Position numbers and translations under genes: made by a program. Below are positions 1-12,850 of a DNA stretch of 64,000 bases, piece by piece. The stretch is taken from contig CM126212.1 in the NCBI GenBank assembly GCA_052327205.1, positions 182,404,001 through 182,468,000 on the forward strand, given 5' to 3'. Each line of letters starts with the position of its first letter. The first letter of the stretch is position 1. Origin of the DNA: Somniosus microcephalus. Lineage: Eukaryota. The notes beneath the pieces are model-generated. The model saw only the letters and a program-made list of their open reading frames with translations, made no database searches and had not been told where the DNA came from.

Positions 1-418
1 GAGGGGGAGCGAGACCGATTCCAACTCGCCCTCTTTTTGATTGACGTTCCGGTTGTCCAATAGGACACTCGGAGGGGGGTGAATGTTTGTTCACGTGATG
101 GGAAAGCTGGACCAATGGGCAAGGCGAGTGGGGCATCCAACGTGGGTCGCGGCTGGAAAGCGCGAGCGTGAGCCGTTTTAATATTAACGAGCCAGCTTTG
201 CCATCGCAATTGGCTCCTGATGAGAGCTCGCATCGACTAGCGGTTGTCGTGTGCTGCGGGCCTCGTGAATTCGGCTTTCTTTTGGTCGATTTAAGTTGGA
301 GAGACAGAAATAGAGAGAGTGCTACACACGCAGTTGGTTGGTGTGGGCTGGCGCTGCCGCTTGCTTCGTGTCTTTTTCTCCAGCCCCGGTCCGTCCGCGT
401 TACAGAGTGTGATCCAAA
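1..418 (+). promoter_or_regulatory. CpG-island promoter and 5' UTR of the LRIG gene
   Basis: CpG-rich sequence runs from position 1 through exon 1, against an AT-rich, CpG-poor intron. CCAAT boxes at 57-61 and 112-116, palindromic E-box TCACGTGA at 91-98, AT-rich TTTTAATATTAA at about 176-187. The TSS cannot be determined. Confidence 0.7.
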
Positions 419-651
419 ATGGCGGCGCTCGGGCTGCGGCGCTGGCTGCCGGCGCTGCTCTTGGTGCTGGCGCTTTCGGCACCGCGGCCGGCTTCGTGCG
501 CGGGACCTGGACGTGGGCCCGGCTCCCATCCCCTAACCCCGGCGGCCTTGCCGTGCATCGCGGACTGTACGTGCAGCGGAGAGCAGCTGGACTGCAGCAA
601 ACAGGCCTGGACTCATATTCCCCGCAAGCTGCCTGCCTGGGTCGTCTACCT
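419..651 (+). CDS. LRIG1: Coding exon 1 of leucine-rich repeats and immunoglobulin-like domains protein 1 (signal peptide + LRRNT)
   Basis: ATG in good Kozak context (aaaATGG). Signal peptide MAALGLRRWLPALLLVLALS, then LRR N-cap CIADCTCSGEQLDCS...IPRKLPAW. Ends at canonical donor CT|gtaagt (652), phase 2, which joins in frame to the exon at 61162. Confidence 0.88.
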
Positions 652-2419
652 GTAAGTACACTCGAGGTGTTCAGTGATTTGTTGCAAGGACCTGTCAGGT
701 TTGGGACAAGGGGCACAATCCACCACTGGCACCTATTCACTCACGACTGAAGATGCAAATCAACCCCATGGCTTTTAGCGCGGCTTCTAAATTGTATCGA
801 TCATCATAGTTCTAAACTAGTTCTAACTCCTTTGCAGATTAAAAAAACCCCGAATATATAAAAACTAAAAATAAATTGTAATTTCCTTGCGTTTAACTAC
901 TTTTCAAACTCCGGGCATTATAATCATCCTCAAAAGGTGTGAGCTTTTAACGCTTTGTTCATGCCTTTCGTATGTATCTGTTATGCAGAGATGCATTTTG
1001 ATTACCACGAGTTCAGGAATGTATGGAGGTGCCTTTTACTTGTAGTGGACCGGACTTTGCAGTTGTCATGGATTGGGCTCGTCTTTGAATTGTTTGTATG
1101 TTGGAAGAATACGTACAGAATTTGGCATTGGGATTTATAACAAAATATTTTTCCGAAAACGATTTGCACACATTGACAGAATGGAACGAAAACGTCCAGT
1201 CTGAAATCCTGCAACCCAAACAAGTTACTGTTTAGGATGACCCTTTAAAAAGATAAAACCCTAAAAGTTTTAGAACGGCGATCTTCCAACTGATCAGCGA
1301 TTATTTGCATTTTTTGTTTGGAGTATTGAGGCAGACTGTTGCGAAACAAAATGTGGACGGGGAGAATTTTTTTGGGGGGGCGGGAAGGGGTAAAGGAACT
1401 TCAATTTTTCTCAGTGGTTTGCGTCACTTGAGACCGAAACAGGTGGCCGAAGAAAATCCCATACTTGATAGAATGTCAGAAAAATGAACTGTTTTTAAGA
1501 TTAGATCAGTTTGTTTAATAGTGAATTTTGTGGGTGGGTTATCGAGTAACTCGATTTCGTGTAATATAGTAAGTTTCAAAAGAAAGCCATAGACATCAAC
1601 AAATGGCAGAAATGCAGACGGCGCAATGTACTGTCACTTTTTGTTCTCAGAATTAACAACCTATTTAAGTGCCGTAGATAACTGTTGGAAGTTCTTTTCT
1701 CGTCGATGGGGTGGATTAGTTAAACTTTGACTTTGTATTGTAGCATCTTCATTTGCAATTTCTCCTGGCTTGGCTCTTGCAGGCTGTGCCGGGCTAAATC
1801 TTTGCCGTGCTAATCGCATAACTAGGTAATTAGGCGGCTCACTGTGTTGGATGGCGATGTAGTTTTCAGAGATTGTTCGGCTCATTGTCAGTGCGACGTG
1901 GTTCTCATTCACTCGCCTGTTGCCCGGAGATGTTGATTGGCAGCATGCCTGCACCCAGTTCAGTGTCCATATGGTCCTAATGCCCGATGCAACTCTGGTT
2001 TGCCAGTTCTTTTGTAGCTATGTCGGCCAACTGAAATTGCTAGTCTTTTTTGGGGGGGGGGGGAATAACTGATAACTTCATTTTTTTGATGCTAATGTTA
2101 AAGTGAATCTACATGAAATTATATTTTTCCATTTATTCCCATAGACCCGTCCGATGCATTTAGAAAATAGACTCCTGTCTTGTTTCTTGTTGTCTCGGGT
2201 GCGCTAACTTCATTCGTTCGGTTTTAATTCTTGAATGCTGACGGTGCTATTTTTTTTACTCTATACATCTGTTTACATTGTTGTGCATCTTGGGACTTTT
2301 TAAAAGTTGACAGGATTAATTGGTAACATCTTTGTGATTTTTATTGACCGTTAGTAAGATACTTGAAAGGACAAATGTTAAAAAGAAATTCTTTGCTGCT
2401 CCCCTAATGGTTTAGCAAG

Positions 2420-2720
2420 TTTATTCAATGACGAACTGAGCTGTACCAACTAGGAAAGTCGTAAGTGCAATCCCCATGTTAAGTTAACTGATCTCGGGTG
2501 GGGTAGCAATAGGGTGTTCTAATTGACCTTTGTTTTCCTATGTTCGGGAGGGGGAAATTGCCCAGGATTCCCACTTCTGATTGCTGGAAGTGCTTATGGA
2601 TATTGGATGACGGCAAGATTGGTTGTGATGCATTCCACAGTCAAATAACCTTCTGACACTCACTGCCCAGCCTTGCACATGAATAACTAGTCACTTGGTT
2701 GACTTATAGTCAGGTAACTG
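2420..2720 (+). mobile_element. Old tRNA-derived SINE (LF-SINE-like family), degenerate
   Basis: Motifs actgagctgtac...ggttgtgatgcattccacagtcaaata...cactcact recur at 56979-57206. Boundaries approximate. Confidence 0.45.
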
Positions 2721-3628
2721 GTGCTCTTGGAACATTACTGCTATCTGGAGCAAAGAGACTCAAAATTGTTTGAGAAAATAAGCACCAAAAAGAGAAATAG
2801 TTTTAATACACAAGGAAAAAGTATTTAATGCTTTCAGCACAGCACGCAATTTCTGCCCCAATATGGTTACAATATAAGGTTATAACTTTTTTGTTCCATA
2901 GGACCATGTAAATGTTTTATTCTTGCACATTTAATTGTATTCTAACAGACAAAACTTTATAGTTAATTGTTGTATACATATGAAAGTATGTATTTTGAAA
3001 GTTGTGGAGCATAGTCCAGTACAAAATAACTAAATATTAGAAACTTTTTTTCAAAGGAAGAATGATAAGTTTGTTTTCCTTTTGGCAGCTTACATTTAAA
3101 ATTTTCTTGATAGGTGCTGAAATTTTAAAAGCATTTTAGGTATAAGTTTCTTTTTAGACAGTGAAAAGGGAAGAGAATGATACGATCTCTGGTCAGTCCT
3201 GTGATTGGATAGTGCACATTAGCCATTTCTTATTCTGACCTTAAGGTCTTTCTAAAAGATATTAAATTTACATTGTGCAGTTTAATGATGGTCCATTGAT
3301 GTAACACATTTGTTTTATGTAGTAATGAATTACAAAATTAATGCAAAAATTGTTTCTAGATGATTTAACACCAGGAGTGAATGTCATTGTACCTGTAGAA
3401 TATTATCTAATATCCTTTCAAAATTAAGGACATACAGTTGGAGTTTTAAAAAAAAAAAAATAAAAAAAAATTCAGTTTGTCTACCACTCTGCATCCACGC
3501 AGCTTGTGTTTAAAGAGCGTTTTTCTTTTGTCAGAGAGAACATAAATTAGATCTACAGTATTAAAATTTTCAGTATTCAAGATGAAAGTTGTCAAAGTAA
3601 TTTGTTACTTTGTCACATTTACTCTAAA

Positions 3629-3674
3629 GTGGAGTTTCAGGTGTATATAGTGGAGTTTCAGGTATATAGTGGAT
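3629..3674. repeat. Short tandem duplication, about 20-bp unit (gtggagtttcaggt[gt]atata)
   Basis: Two full units and the start of a third are visible. Confidence 0.8.
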
Positions 3675-4087
3675 TTTGGCCAATTAATACTTTGTGCTGG
3701 TTTAAAATAATGGATGCTATGATCATGAGAGCATCTGAACTTCATGTTTTTCTCTTCACCTCTAGCATAACACAATTGCAGTGAATGCAAACTGAAAAGG
3801 AAATGCAGGGAAGTCTTGTTTCCAAGGCTATGTCACAATCATATGTGCACACAATTGGTGCAGATTTAAAAAGGAGAGTGGTCTGTAGGGAAAGTTCCCA
3901 GGAGGATTTGTGCCATAGTGCATTAATGAGGGGACTTAATGCTGTAAGTTTGCCATTGCAATTGCTGTCAAACCACAGTCTGAATATAAAAGGGAAAGTT
4001 ACTAAACGTGCCATTGTTGGTGCCTGATTTTGCATTAGAAAAGAAACTGGCTATCTAGCAAGAAATCAAGAAGTAGTAATCATTTTC

Positions 4088-4275
4088 CAAAATAAAAACA
4101 GAAAATGCTGGAAATACTCAGGTCAGGCAGCATTTGTGGAGAGAGAAACAGAGTTAACGTTTCAGGTCAATGTCATTTCTGTTTCTCTTTCCGCAGATGC
4201 TGCCTGACCTGTTGCGTATTTCCAGCATTTTCTGTTTTTATTTCTGATTTCCAGCATCTGCAGTGTTTTGCTTTT
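4088..4275. mobile_element. Palindromic Penelope-like retroelement end with 12-bp target-site duplication
   Basis: Inverted arms aaataaaaacagaaaatgctggaaatac...gagaaacaga (4090-4152) and tctgtttctc...gtatttccagcattttctgtttttattt (4178-4243). Flanked by the direct repeat gtaatcattttc at 4076-4087 and 4276-4287. Confidence 0.7.
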
Positions 4276-5459
4276 GTAATCATTTTCAAGATCTGATCAG
4301 AGATTTTGGCTAATGCTTTCAAGTTGTATATATCCTTTTGCTAAAGAAAACTTTCACACTTCAAAAAAAGTCTTTGAACAAATAATAACTTCCAAGTTTG
4401 CAGCAATTTGTTTAAAGTCAGTTGAGAATGACCTGGAGAAATTGGATTATGACATTTGTTTCTCTCCATCTTAATTCTTTGATTTCAGCATCAAAATTCT
4501 GTTTTTTGGCATGGGTGGAGTTGAATACTACTGTGTTTTAAGAAGTCCTTTACATCTCTACATTTGTTTAATTCCACTTTAGAGTTTTTAACAAGAAATT
4601 TATTTTTTGAGAATAGCTCTGTATTGAAAGTTGAACATGGTTTTGGTGTTCTTGGTTTAATTTTGTAAGTATTCCCTCTACTATTAGTGCTTTATTGCTT
4701 TTCCTTGTTTTGAAATCTTTAAATGTTTTCACAATTCAGAAATTGGTGAATTTTTAATCGTATATTTTGTATTTTCTGCAATGATTGTTTTAAGAATTTT
4801 CTTTAAAGTTTGAATTTACATCAATTTAAACTTTTAAAATTGAATAGCAGCGGATTTCTGTATAAAATAAGTAACTTCTAAAAATTTTCCTCCAGTTTGT
4901 CACCTTTTTGTTTAGTAATTTATGTCGGTAGCAGATAAAATAGCACAAGGAACATGATGTACAGTACTCTGGCTAGGTTGCCATAAAACTACAATTAACC
5001 AGATATATTATACTTGGGAAACACACAACTGGCATTTTTCTTGAGACCTTTTTTGTTAATACAGTTATCTTACAATATAGCAATGAAAAATGTTAAGGGT
5101 TTGAGGTATTTTAATCAAGGAGCTCCATAAAGTTCAAAACTGCAAGGGGGATAAAATCTTGATTGGTTTGGGGATGCAAGAAGGATTCCAAGGCCGAACT
5201 TATTTTTTAAAAAAAAGAACTCTTTTTTGTGAATATTTTAATAACCAATGGATCTCTTATCAGGAATGCACCAATATGTAAAACACACTATTATTCTGTT
5301 GCTAAGGTGGAGCTGTGTGCCTTCAAGGCCGCAAGTCTCACATTAAGTAAACAAGGGTGAAGTTGATCGGAGTAGAACCTTGTAGTTTACAAATTAAACT
5401 CTATCAGTGAATCACTTTCTCTTTAAATTTTTTGTATATGTCTGTGGATGTTGTCTATA

Positions 5460-6200
5460 TGGACCTCCCAGAAAACATTTGAAAAAGTTCAGCACAAACG
5501 ATTATTAGCAAAATAGAAGTACAGTACATGGAACTTGAGGCAACCTTGTGATGTCGGTTGGAAGTTAGGAGACAGAGTAGGGATAAAGGGAATATTCTTT
5601 GAATGGTGGGATGTGACATTTGGTGTTCCCCAGGGGATCTGCACTGGGGCCTTAGCTTTTCACCATACATATTAATGACTTGGATGAAGGAACAGAGTTG
5701 TATATCCAAGTTTGTAGATGACACTAAGCTAGGAGGCACAGTAAGTTGTGTAGATGGGAGCAGGAAGTTACAGACTAAGTGAATGGGCAAAATTATGGCA
5801 GATGGAGTTCAATGTGGCTGAGATTGTCTACTTTGAATCTGAGCAATCAATAGTTTTTTAATGGTGAGATACTAGATGTTGTGGAGGAGCAAAGAGATTT
5901 AGGCGTCCAAAGCGCGCACATCACTAAAAGCTGGTACAAAAAGTAATTTAAAATTCAAGCTTGGCCATTTAGAAATGGAACCAGGAAGCACATGCAATGA
6001 GTAGTGGAAAACTGGAAATTTCTTGCACAAAAGAATGTGGATGTTGGATCAATTGAAATTTTTAATGCTGAGATTGATGCATTTTTGTTAGCGGTATCCA
6101 GGGATATGGAGCCAAAGTGGATAAATGTAATTGAGGTACAGATTAGCCAATGATCTAATTCAATGGCAGAACAGGCTTGAATGGCTTACTGTTCTTATGT
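5460..6200 (+). mobile_element. Decayed CR1 LINE 3' fragment (RT to tail)
   Basis: GVPQG...YINDLDEG...SKFVDDTKLGG remnant, ending in a CR1 tail (ttagccaatgatctaattcaatggcagaacaggc...gttcttatgt). Confidence 0.75.
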
Positions 6201-7019
6201 GTAATAAAGTGTAGTGTCTGGAGTGTAGTAAGCACACTATATGCAAGACATACTTAATGCTTTTAATGTTGATTACTATTTTTGAATGAAGAATTGAGCT
6301 TGTGTTTTATGCATGTTTACAGTTTTTTTTGTACAAAGGATTATATTTAGTTTTTATTTGTATTCATTGAATTTGGAAATTTCTGAGCTTTGAGTTCTTT
6401 TGGTTGGTGGAGGGGAATAGTGGTGGTTGCAGATGCCATAAACAAGTACATTTTAATTGCTCTCGTATATCATGTTACATGTGTTTTCTTTATATAATTG
6501 GAACAGTTACTGTTGTGAGCATGTGATCTTGTCAGTTTTGGACGTGTGTTGCTTATTTGCCTACCAGTGAGCAACTGCATAGAATTCAGTAGTTAATCTT
6601 TGATTGTGTGTGTGTGTGTGATTTTTAGTGTGTATATATATTTTATATATTAAATGCTAACAGGAGTTATGCGCCCCCCCCCCCTCCCAGCCAGGTGAAA
6701 AGAGTGAATCTGTTGTATGTCGTGAGGCTGGGATGGGGTGGGTTGAGCTGTAAACAGGCAGATTGCAGTTAAGTGTTTCAATTACGTTAAGAGCAAAATT
6801 CTAGAAGTGCATTATTTGTTCATATTCAATGTTCACATTTTTAGACAGGGAGACGCTGGTATCTGAGTTAGAATCCAGCTCCGATCCTCTGATTTGCCTT
6901 AAGCGCTAGTGTAAAATTAGTTAATAAATTTCATCTTAAGTGTAAAGGTTCACTTAACTTTTTTTTATTTATGGGGGGCGGTGGAAAGAGAGGGGGCATT
7001 GATAAGTGATATAATCTTA

Positions 7020-7430
7020 CCGCACAGAGAATCCATTCAGCCCATCGTGCCTATGCTGGCTCTTTGAAAGAGCTATCCAATTAGTCCCACTCCCCTGCCC
7101 TTTTCCCCATAGCCCTGCATATTTTTCCTTTTGATATATTTCTACGGGCAAAAGGGGTTAAGGGTTACGGAGAGAAGGCGGGGACGGGATACTGAATTAA
7201 AGGATCAGCCATGATCTCATCGAATGGCGGAGCAGGCACGAAGGGCCGAATGGCCTACTCCTGCTCCTATCTTCTATGTATCTATGTATCTATGTATGTG
7301 TATATATTCAATTCCCTCTTGAATATTACTATTAAATCTGCTTTCACCACCCTTTCAGGCAGTGCATTCCAGATCATCATAACTAGCTGCATAAAAAATG
7401 TTTCTTCAGCTTCTCTGATACTTCTTAGTA
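7020..7430 (-). mobile_element. CR1 3' fragment (minus) interrupted by a plus-strand CR1 tail at about 7145-7295
   Basis: Minus strand IWNALPERVVKAD motif. The insert carries gatcagccatgatctcatcgaatggcggagcaggc and a (tatgtatc)n tail. Confidence 0.65.
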
Positions 7431-7589
7431 ATAGAGAGGGATAAGACCATTCTGGCGTTATGTAAACGAGCTTCATTTTGGCAAGATGGCATTCAATTTT
7501 GACTATTCCACGATCTCTACTGAAGGCTGCCCCAAGTCTTTTTGCTAGGCACTAAATGCATGCATAACGCTTGTCTCTGTGCTCACTCG

Positions 7590-8600
7590 GAGGTCGAACT
7601 CATGGTCCTACAGAGCAGCAGTGATACTCGCCCTCCTGTATGCCTCAGACATGGACCATGTACAGCAGGCACCTCGGCACTGGAGAGGTACCACCAACGC
7701 TGCCTCTGCAAGATCCTGCAAATTCATTGGCAGGATAGGCGCACCAACGTCTGTGTTCTTGCTCAGGCCAACATCCCCAGCATCGAAGCTTTGACCACGC
7801 TCGATCAGCTCCGATGGATGGGTCACATCGTCCGCATGCCCGATACGAGACTCCCAAAACAAGAGCTCTACTGAGTTCCGACATGGCAAGAGAGCCCCAG
7901 GTGGGCAGAGGAAAGGCTTCAAGGACACCCTCAAAGCCTCCTTTGGAAAAAGTGCAACATCCCCACTGACACCTGGGAATCAATTCAATTCAATTTTATT
8001 TGTCATATATGCAGCAGACGTGTGTACTGCACAATGAAATGTTGATTTTTTACAAGTGTCCTCCCAACATTGGAATAAATATGGCATAGCAATGATAAAA
8101 ATACTAATAGAAATACAGTAATAATAAATTATTCGTTCATGAGTCTTATGGCCTGTGGGTAGAAGCTGTTTCGAAACCTGCTGGTACGAGACCATATGCT
8201 TTGGTATCTCTTACCGGACAGGAGCAGGGTGAAGAGGTTGTGGCTAGGGTGGCTCGCGTCTTTGATGATTCTCAGGGCCTTCTCCTGGCACCTCTTGGGA
8301 TAGATATCCTGCACAGCAGGTAGTTTAATTCCTATAGTATGTTGTGCAGCTTTCCCTGGCCAAGTGGAGAAGAAGCATCCGAGAAGGCGCCGAACACCTC
8401 GAGTCGCTTCGCTGGGAGCGAGCGGAAACCAAGCGCAAGGAGCGCACGTCAATCCAAGCGCCCCACCCCTTCAACCACCGTCTGCCCCACCTGTGACCGA
8501 GACTGTAGGTCCCACATTGGACTCATCAGTCACCTGCGAACTCATATATTTTTAATGTGAAAGCAAGTCATCCTCAGTTCCGAGGGATTGCCCAAGAAGA
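7590..8600 (+). mobile_element. 5'-truncated RTE-clade LINE, split by a Rex insertion
   Basis: LERYHQRCLCKILQIHWQDRRTN...QLRWMGHIVRMPDTRLPKQ, C-terminal CPTCDRDCRSHIGLISHLRTH, ending in gagggattgcccaagaaga. Confidence 0.8.
7981..8351 (-). mobile_element. Rex1/Babar-like LINE 3' fragment nested in the RTE
   Basis: KALRIIKDASHPSHNLFTLLLSGKRYQSIWSRTSRFRNSFYPQAIRL is a typical Rex1 C-terminus. AATAAA and a (ttgaa)n tail lie on the minus strand at 7981-8000. Confidence 0.75.
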
Positions 8601-8654
8601 GTTTTGCAGGGAAGATTATTTTTAGTTTAATTCTGAAGGTGATTTTGTTTGCCA

Positions 8655-9030
8655 TGTGGCGGAACCACCAGAGGATTACGGACAATTGTATATAATTCCT
8701 TTTGCAGCCATGTAGTGCAGCTGGGGGCTGCACCTTTAATGTATCTGTTAACTGTACTAGGGCTTCTTTCCTGTACTCCGCGTGATGACGTCATGCCGTC
8801 CGTCACGTGATCTCAATGGCGGGAAGAACGTGATGACGTCGGAGCTCGGAACCTGCTGGCAGTTGAGCTCTGAACCTGCTAGCAGTTTCCAGAGAGGCTT
8901 TCAAGCAGACCAGACCTATTTGCATTGTATCCTACAGTTTCCTGTACAGCTTCGTTTGTTCACTAAATTTTATTGTTTTTGATTTTCTGAGTCTATCTCA
9001 ATTCTTCGGCTAGGTACCCCAGTTCCTACA
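8655..9030 (+). repeat. 5' LTR
   Basis: tgtggcggaacc...cagttcctaca, a direct repeat of 13047-13422. Contains a CRE (TGACGTCA) and an E-box (CACGTG). Confidence 0.92.
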
Positions 9031-9031
9031 T

Positions 9032-9043
9032 TGGTGACCCCGA
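9032..9043 (+). promoter_or_regulatory. Primer-binding site complementary to tRNA-Trp 3' end
   Basis: TGGTGACCCCGA 1 nt after the LTR, matching the first 12 nt of the known tRNA-Trp PBS TGGTGACCCCGACGTGAT. Confidence 0.85.
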
Positions 9044-9075
9044 TTTCTTCGAACAATTTTCGTTGAAGTTACATC

Positions 9076-9743
9076 ATGGACACGAACGCTGTCACCCTCA
9101 AACTGCCGCAATTTTGGGAGCAACAACCGGTGGCGTGGTTTTTCCAGGCGGAAGCCCAATTTGCAATCCGTGGAGTAGCAGCAGATTCGACCCATTATTA
9201 TTACGTGGTCTCCGCCCTCGATCGCGCCACGGCCTCGCGGGTCGTCAGCCTCCTCGAGAATCCACCGAACGATGGCAAGTACGAAGCTTTAAAAGCACGT
9301 TTACTGTAGATTTTCAGTCTGTCCAAGTCTGAGCGCGCTCACAGACTTATCTCCATGCCCGGCCTCGGGGACTCAAAACCCTCCGAGCTCATGAGCCCAA
9401 ATGCTCACGCTTTTGGGCTCGGAATCGCAATGTTTTCTGTTCCGCGAGCTGTTTCTCTGTCAACTACCAGAGCCAGTACAGACGGCCTTGGCCAAATCCG
9501 CGATCACGGATTGTGCTGAACTCGCCGCGGAAGCAGATAAAATATTCACCGTCTCTCAACAATCTTGTGCAGCCACGAGGCGCCCATCCCCCACGAGCGA
9601 ATCCGACGACGACTCCTGCAGGCTGGTGTGCATACCACGCTCGTTTCAGTGCGAAGGCCAGAAATTGCCGCCCGCCCTGCAGTTTCTCTCAAAAAGAACC
9701 CTACCTCAAACCAGCGGTTTCTGAGAAGATCAATAAGGCCTAA
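9076..9743 (+). pseudogene. gag: Gypsy gag (stop and frameshifts)
   Basis: MDTNAVTLKLPQFWEQQPVAWFFQAEAQF..., and the Cx2Hx9Cx3C motif CAYHARFSAKARNCRPPC. Confidence 0.85.
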
Positions 9744-9789
9744 GGGACGCGCCGGAGTTGCGATGGCCATCGGGTCCACAGGGAAACTC

Positions 9790-12700
9790 CTATACATTAT
9801 CGACTCCCTGTCAGAGCGACGTTTTCTCTGTGATACTGGCTCCCAGTGCAGTATTCTACCAGCGTCGAAGCTAGATCTTCAATCCGGCGGTCAAGGTTCC
9901 CCCCTCGAGGCAGCCAATGGTGCGGCCATTCGCACGTTCAGAAAGCGTAGGGTCCAGTTGAGTTTTGGCGGCCAATGTTTTGTTTGGGAGTTCATCACGG
10001 CGAAAGTCTCTCAGGCCATCCTGGGGGCAGATTTCTTCTGCGCAAACGGGTTTCTCGTCGACGTCCGACACTGTCGGCTAATCAGTGCCTCCACTTTTCA
10101 CTCGGTCCCCTGCCACCGAAGCACCGCGATGTCTTGGTCAGTTGCCTGTGCAGTCCCATCTCCAAATTAGTTCTCTCGTCTTCTCAGTGAGTTCCCTGAA
10201 CTCGCGGCCGCCAAGGCGGAGTTCCATACAATGGAATGCCTGGGTATTATTTGACGTTTGAATAGTCCTTGGTCCTCGCCATTACACATTGTTCCTAAGC
10301 TGGGCAGCGGATGGCGACCATGTGGCGACTACAGATGCCTGAATGAGGCTACCACACCGGATCGGTACCCAATTCCTCACATTCAGGATTTTTCGGCCCA
10401 TCTGGCAGGGAATTCCATCTTTTCCAAAGTAGACCTCGTCCGAGGCTATCAAGTGCCCGTGCATCCTCAGGACGTCCCCAAAACTGCCGTCGTCACACCT
10501 TTCGGGCTCTTTGAGGTCCTTCGTATGCTGTTTGGGCTGAAGAATGCAGCACAAGCCTTCCAACGTCTCATGGATTCCGTGTTGCGCGATCTGCCCATCA
10601 TCTTCGTCTACCTAGACGACATCCTTATTGCCAGTAACGGCACGAAAGAACACATTACGTACTTGCGTACACTTTTTCCTCGTCTCAGCCAACATGGCCT
10701 TATTATCAACCCGGCCAAGTGCCAGTTTGGGTTGCACAGCATTGATTTCCTGGGACACAATCACCTCCGAAGGCGCTGTCCCCCTGGCCACGAAGGTGGA
10801 AGTAGTCACCTCGTTCCCTCTTCCTCAGACCGTCCGGGCCCTCCAGGAATTTCTGGGAATGGTCAATTTTTATCATCGGTTCGTCCCTAAGGCGGCATTG
10901 TTGACGCAACCTTTGTACGAGGCCCTCGGAGGTAAATCGGGCAAAGACCCGATCGATTGGACACCCCAGATGGACCAGGCTTTCCTCGACACTAAACGCT
11001 TTGGCTGCTGCGACCATGTTGGCACATCCCCCTTCCGGGCGCAACCATTGCCCTTGCCACCGACTCTTCTGATTATGCCATCGGGGCAGTACAGGAGCAG
11101 TGGGTCGACGGCACATGGTAACCACTGGCTTTCTTCAGCCGTCAATTGCGGAAGAATGAACGCAAGTATAGTACTTTTGATAGGGAGTTGTTGGCATTGT
11201 TTCTGGCCATCCGCCATTTTCGCTTCCTACTGGAAGGACGCCCATTCACGGCTTTTGTAGACCACAAGCCACTTACTTTTGCGATGGCCAAGACAGCGGA
11301 ACCATGGTCGGCACGGCAACGACGTCATCTTATGTACATATCTGAATTTACAACCGACATACAACATGTCTCGGGCAAAGACAACCTGGTGGCGGATTGT
11401 CTCTCCCGCGCCCAGCTCCACGCAGTACACCTGGGAGTCGACTATGTTGGTTTGGCAAAAGAACAGAAGGCAGACCCTGAAGTGCAGGCATACCGGACCG
11501 CACCTTCCAGCTTACAAGTGGCTGATGTCAGTTTCCAGGCCACAGGGACCACACTCCTGTGTGACATCTCGATGGGCGTCCCACGTCCAATCGTTCCAGT
11601 CGAATGGCGCAGGAGAATTTTCGACACTATCCACGGGTTGTCACACCCTGGCATGAGCGTGTCACAACGACTCCTGGCAAAGAAATTCGTCTGGAAGGGC
11701 ATGCATCTCGACGTCCGTGACTGGACCAATACCTGCGTGAGTTGCCAGAAGTCCAAGATACAATGCCATGTTAAGGCCCCAGCCACCACGGTTCTAGAGC
11801 GTCGATTCGACCATGTGCACGTGGACCTGGTTTTATCCTCTCGCGGGTACACTCGCCACCTCACCGTGGTAGACCGCAGCACCAGGTGGCCAGAGGCAAT
11901 TCCTTTGGTTGCCACCACAGCAGCAGACGTCTCCAGAGCCGCCTTCTCGTCGTGGGTAGCTCGGTTCAGGGTACCGGCTGACTCCTCCAACCAGGGGCTT
12001 CAATTTACCTCTGAGCTATGGAACGCCGTAGCTCAAGGTTTGGGCACCAAGCTTCATCGTACCACCGCCTACCATCCACAGGCGAACGGTCTGTGAAAGA
12101 TTCCACAGGTTCCTTAAAGCCGCACTGCGTGCTAGTCTTCGTGGGCCTAGTTGGGTGGACAGGCTCCCTTGGGTGCTGCTAGGTCTTCGCATGGCGCCTA
12201 AGGACGACCTGCATTCTTCTTCAGCAGAGCTGGTTTACGGCCAACCACTCAGATTGCCTGGCGATTTTCTTCCTCCTCACACACAACCCTGGTCCCCAGC
12301 TCAGCAGCTCGTCAGCCACCGGGAAGCGGCTAGGAATTTCATCCCAGTGCCTACGTCGCATCATGACCTGCAGCGCTCCCATGTCCCGGTGGATCTTAAG
12401 AGCGCAGAATAAGTGTTCATTCGACAGGATGCTCGCAAAAACCCGCTCAAACCGCCTTACACAGGTCCGTTCTGCGTCATCTCGTCGGGTGACGAGTCCT
12501 TCACGGTCGACGTCGGCGGTAAGCCTGACCACATCTCCATCGACCGGTTGAAACCGGCGCATCTGGATCTGAGCGAACCAGTCGTCACCGCTCAGCCGCC
12601 TTGTCGTGGTCGTCCACCGTCGACTGCCGGTCCAGTACAGCCACAGTCATCCGCCGAGTCGCCAGTGCCCGCCTCACCGGGTCGACCACAGCCGGCCTCC

Positions 12701-12850
12701 TTTTCTCCGCTGCCTGCGGCGTCATCCCAACCACAGCTAACGGCCAGTTCATCATCATCTAGCGCTCCGTTCCAGCTGCCGGGGTATCGCAGTCGGTTGG
12801 ACAGACTCGTCAGACCCCCTTCTCGCCTTACCTTCTCTGTTAAAAGCAAT
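9790..12850 (+). pseudogene. pol: Gypsy pol (protease, RT, RNase H, integrase), multiply disrupted
   Basis: FLCDTGSQ protease; WRPCGDYR and YLDD RT; YSTFDRELLA...DHKPL...ADCLSR RNase H; HGLSHPG..CVSC, HVDLV, TTAYHPQANG integrase; PPYTGPF GPY/F module. Confidence 0.92.

Noticed and set aside
419-651. LRIG2, LRIG3 or another LRR gene
   Set aside because: Exon 2 (NLSYNRL..IDP..F..LPNL.EV) best fits remembered LRIG1. Not verified by search or synteny.
168-750. Overlapping ORFs of 122-149 aa around exon 1
   Set aside because: These are GC-rich shadow frames. Only the 419 frame has a signal peptide, LRRNT and a splice donor matching exon 2.
3888-4020. NF-kB-like (gggaaagttccc) and SOX-like (cattgt) motifs as an enhancer
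   Set aside because: Short motifs are expected by chance in 64 kb, and no conservation data are available.
8780-8870. Asymmetric CpG decay between the 5' and 3' LTR suggesting a protected 5' LTR
   Set aside because: By eye, CpG losses occur in both LTRs (roughly 6 versus 4), too few to support asymmetry.
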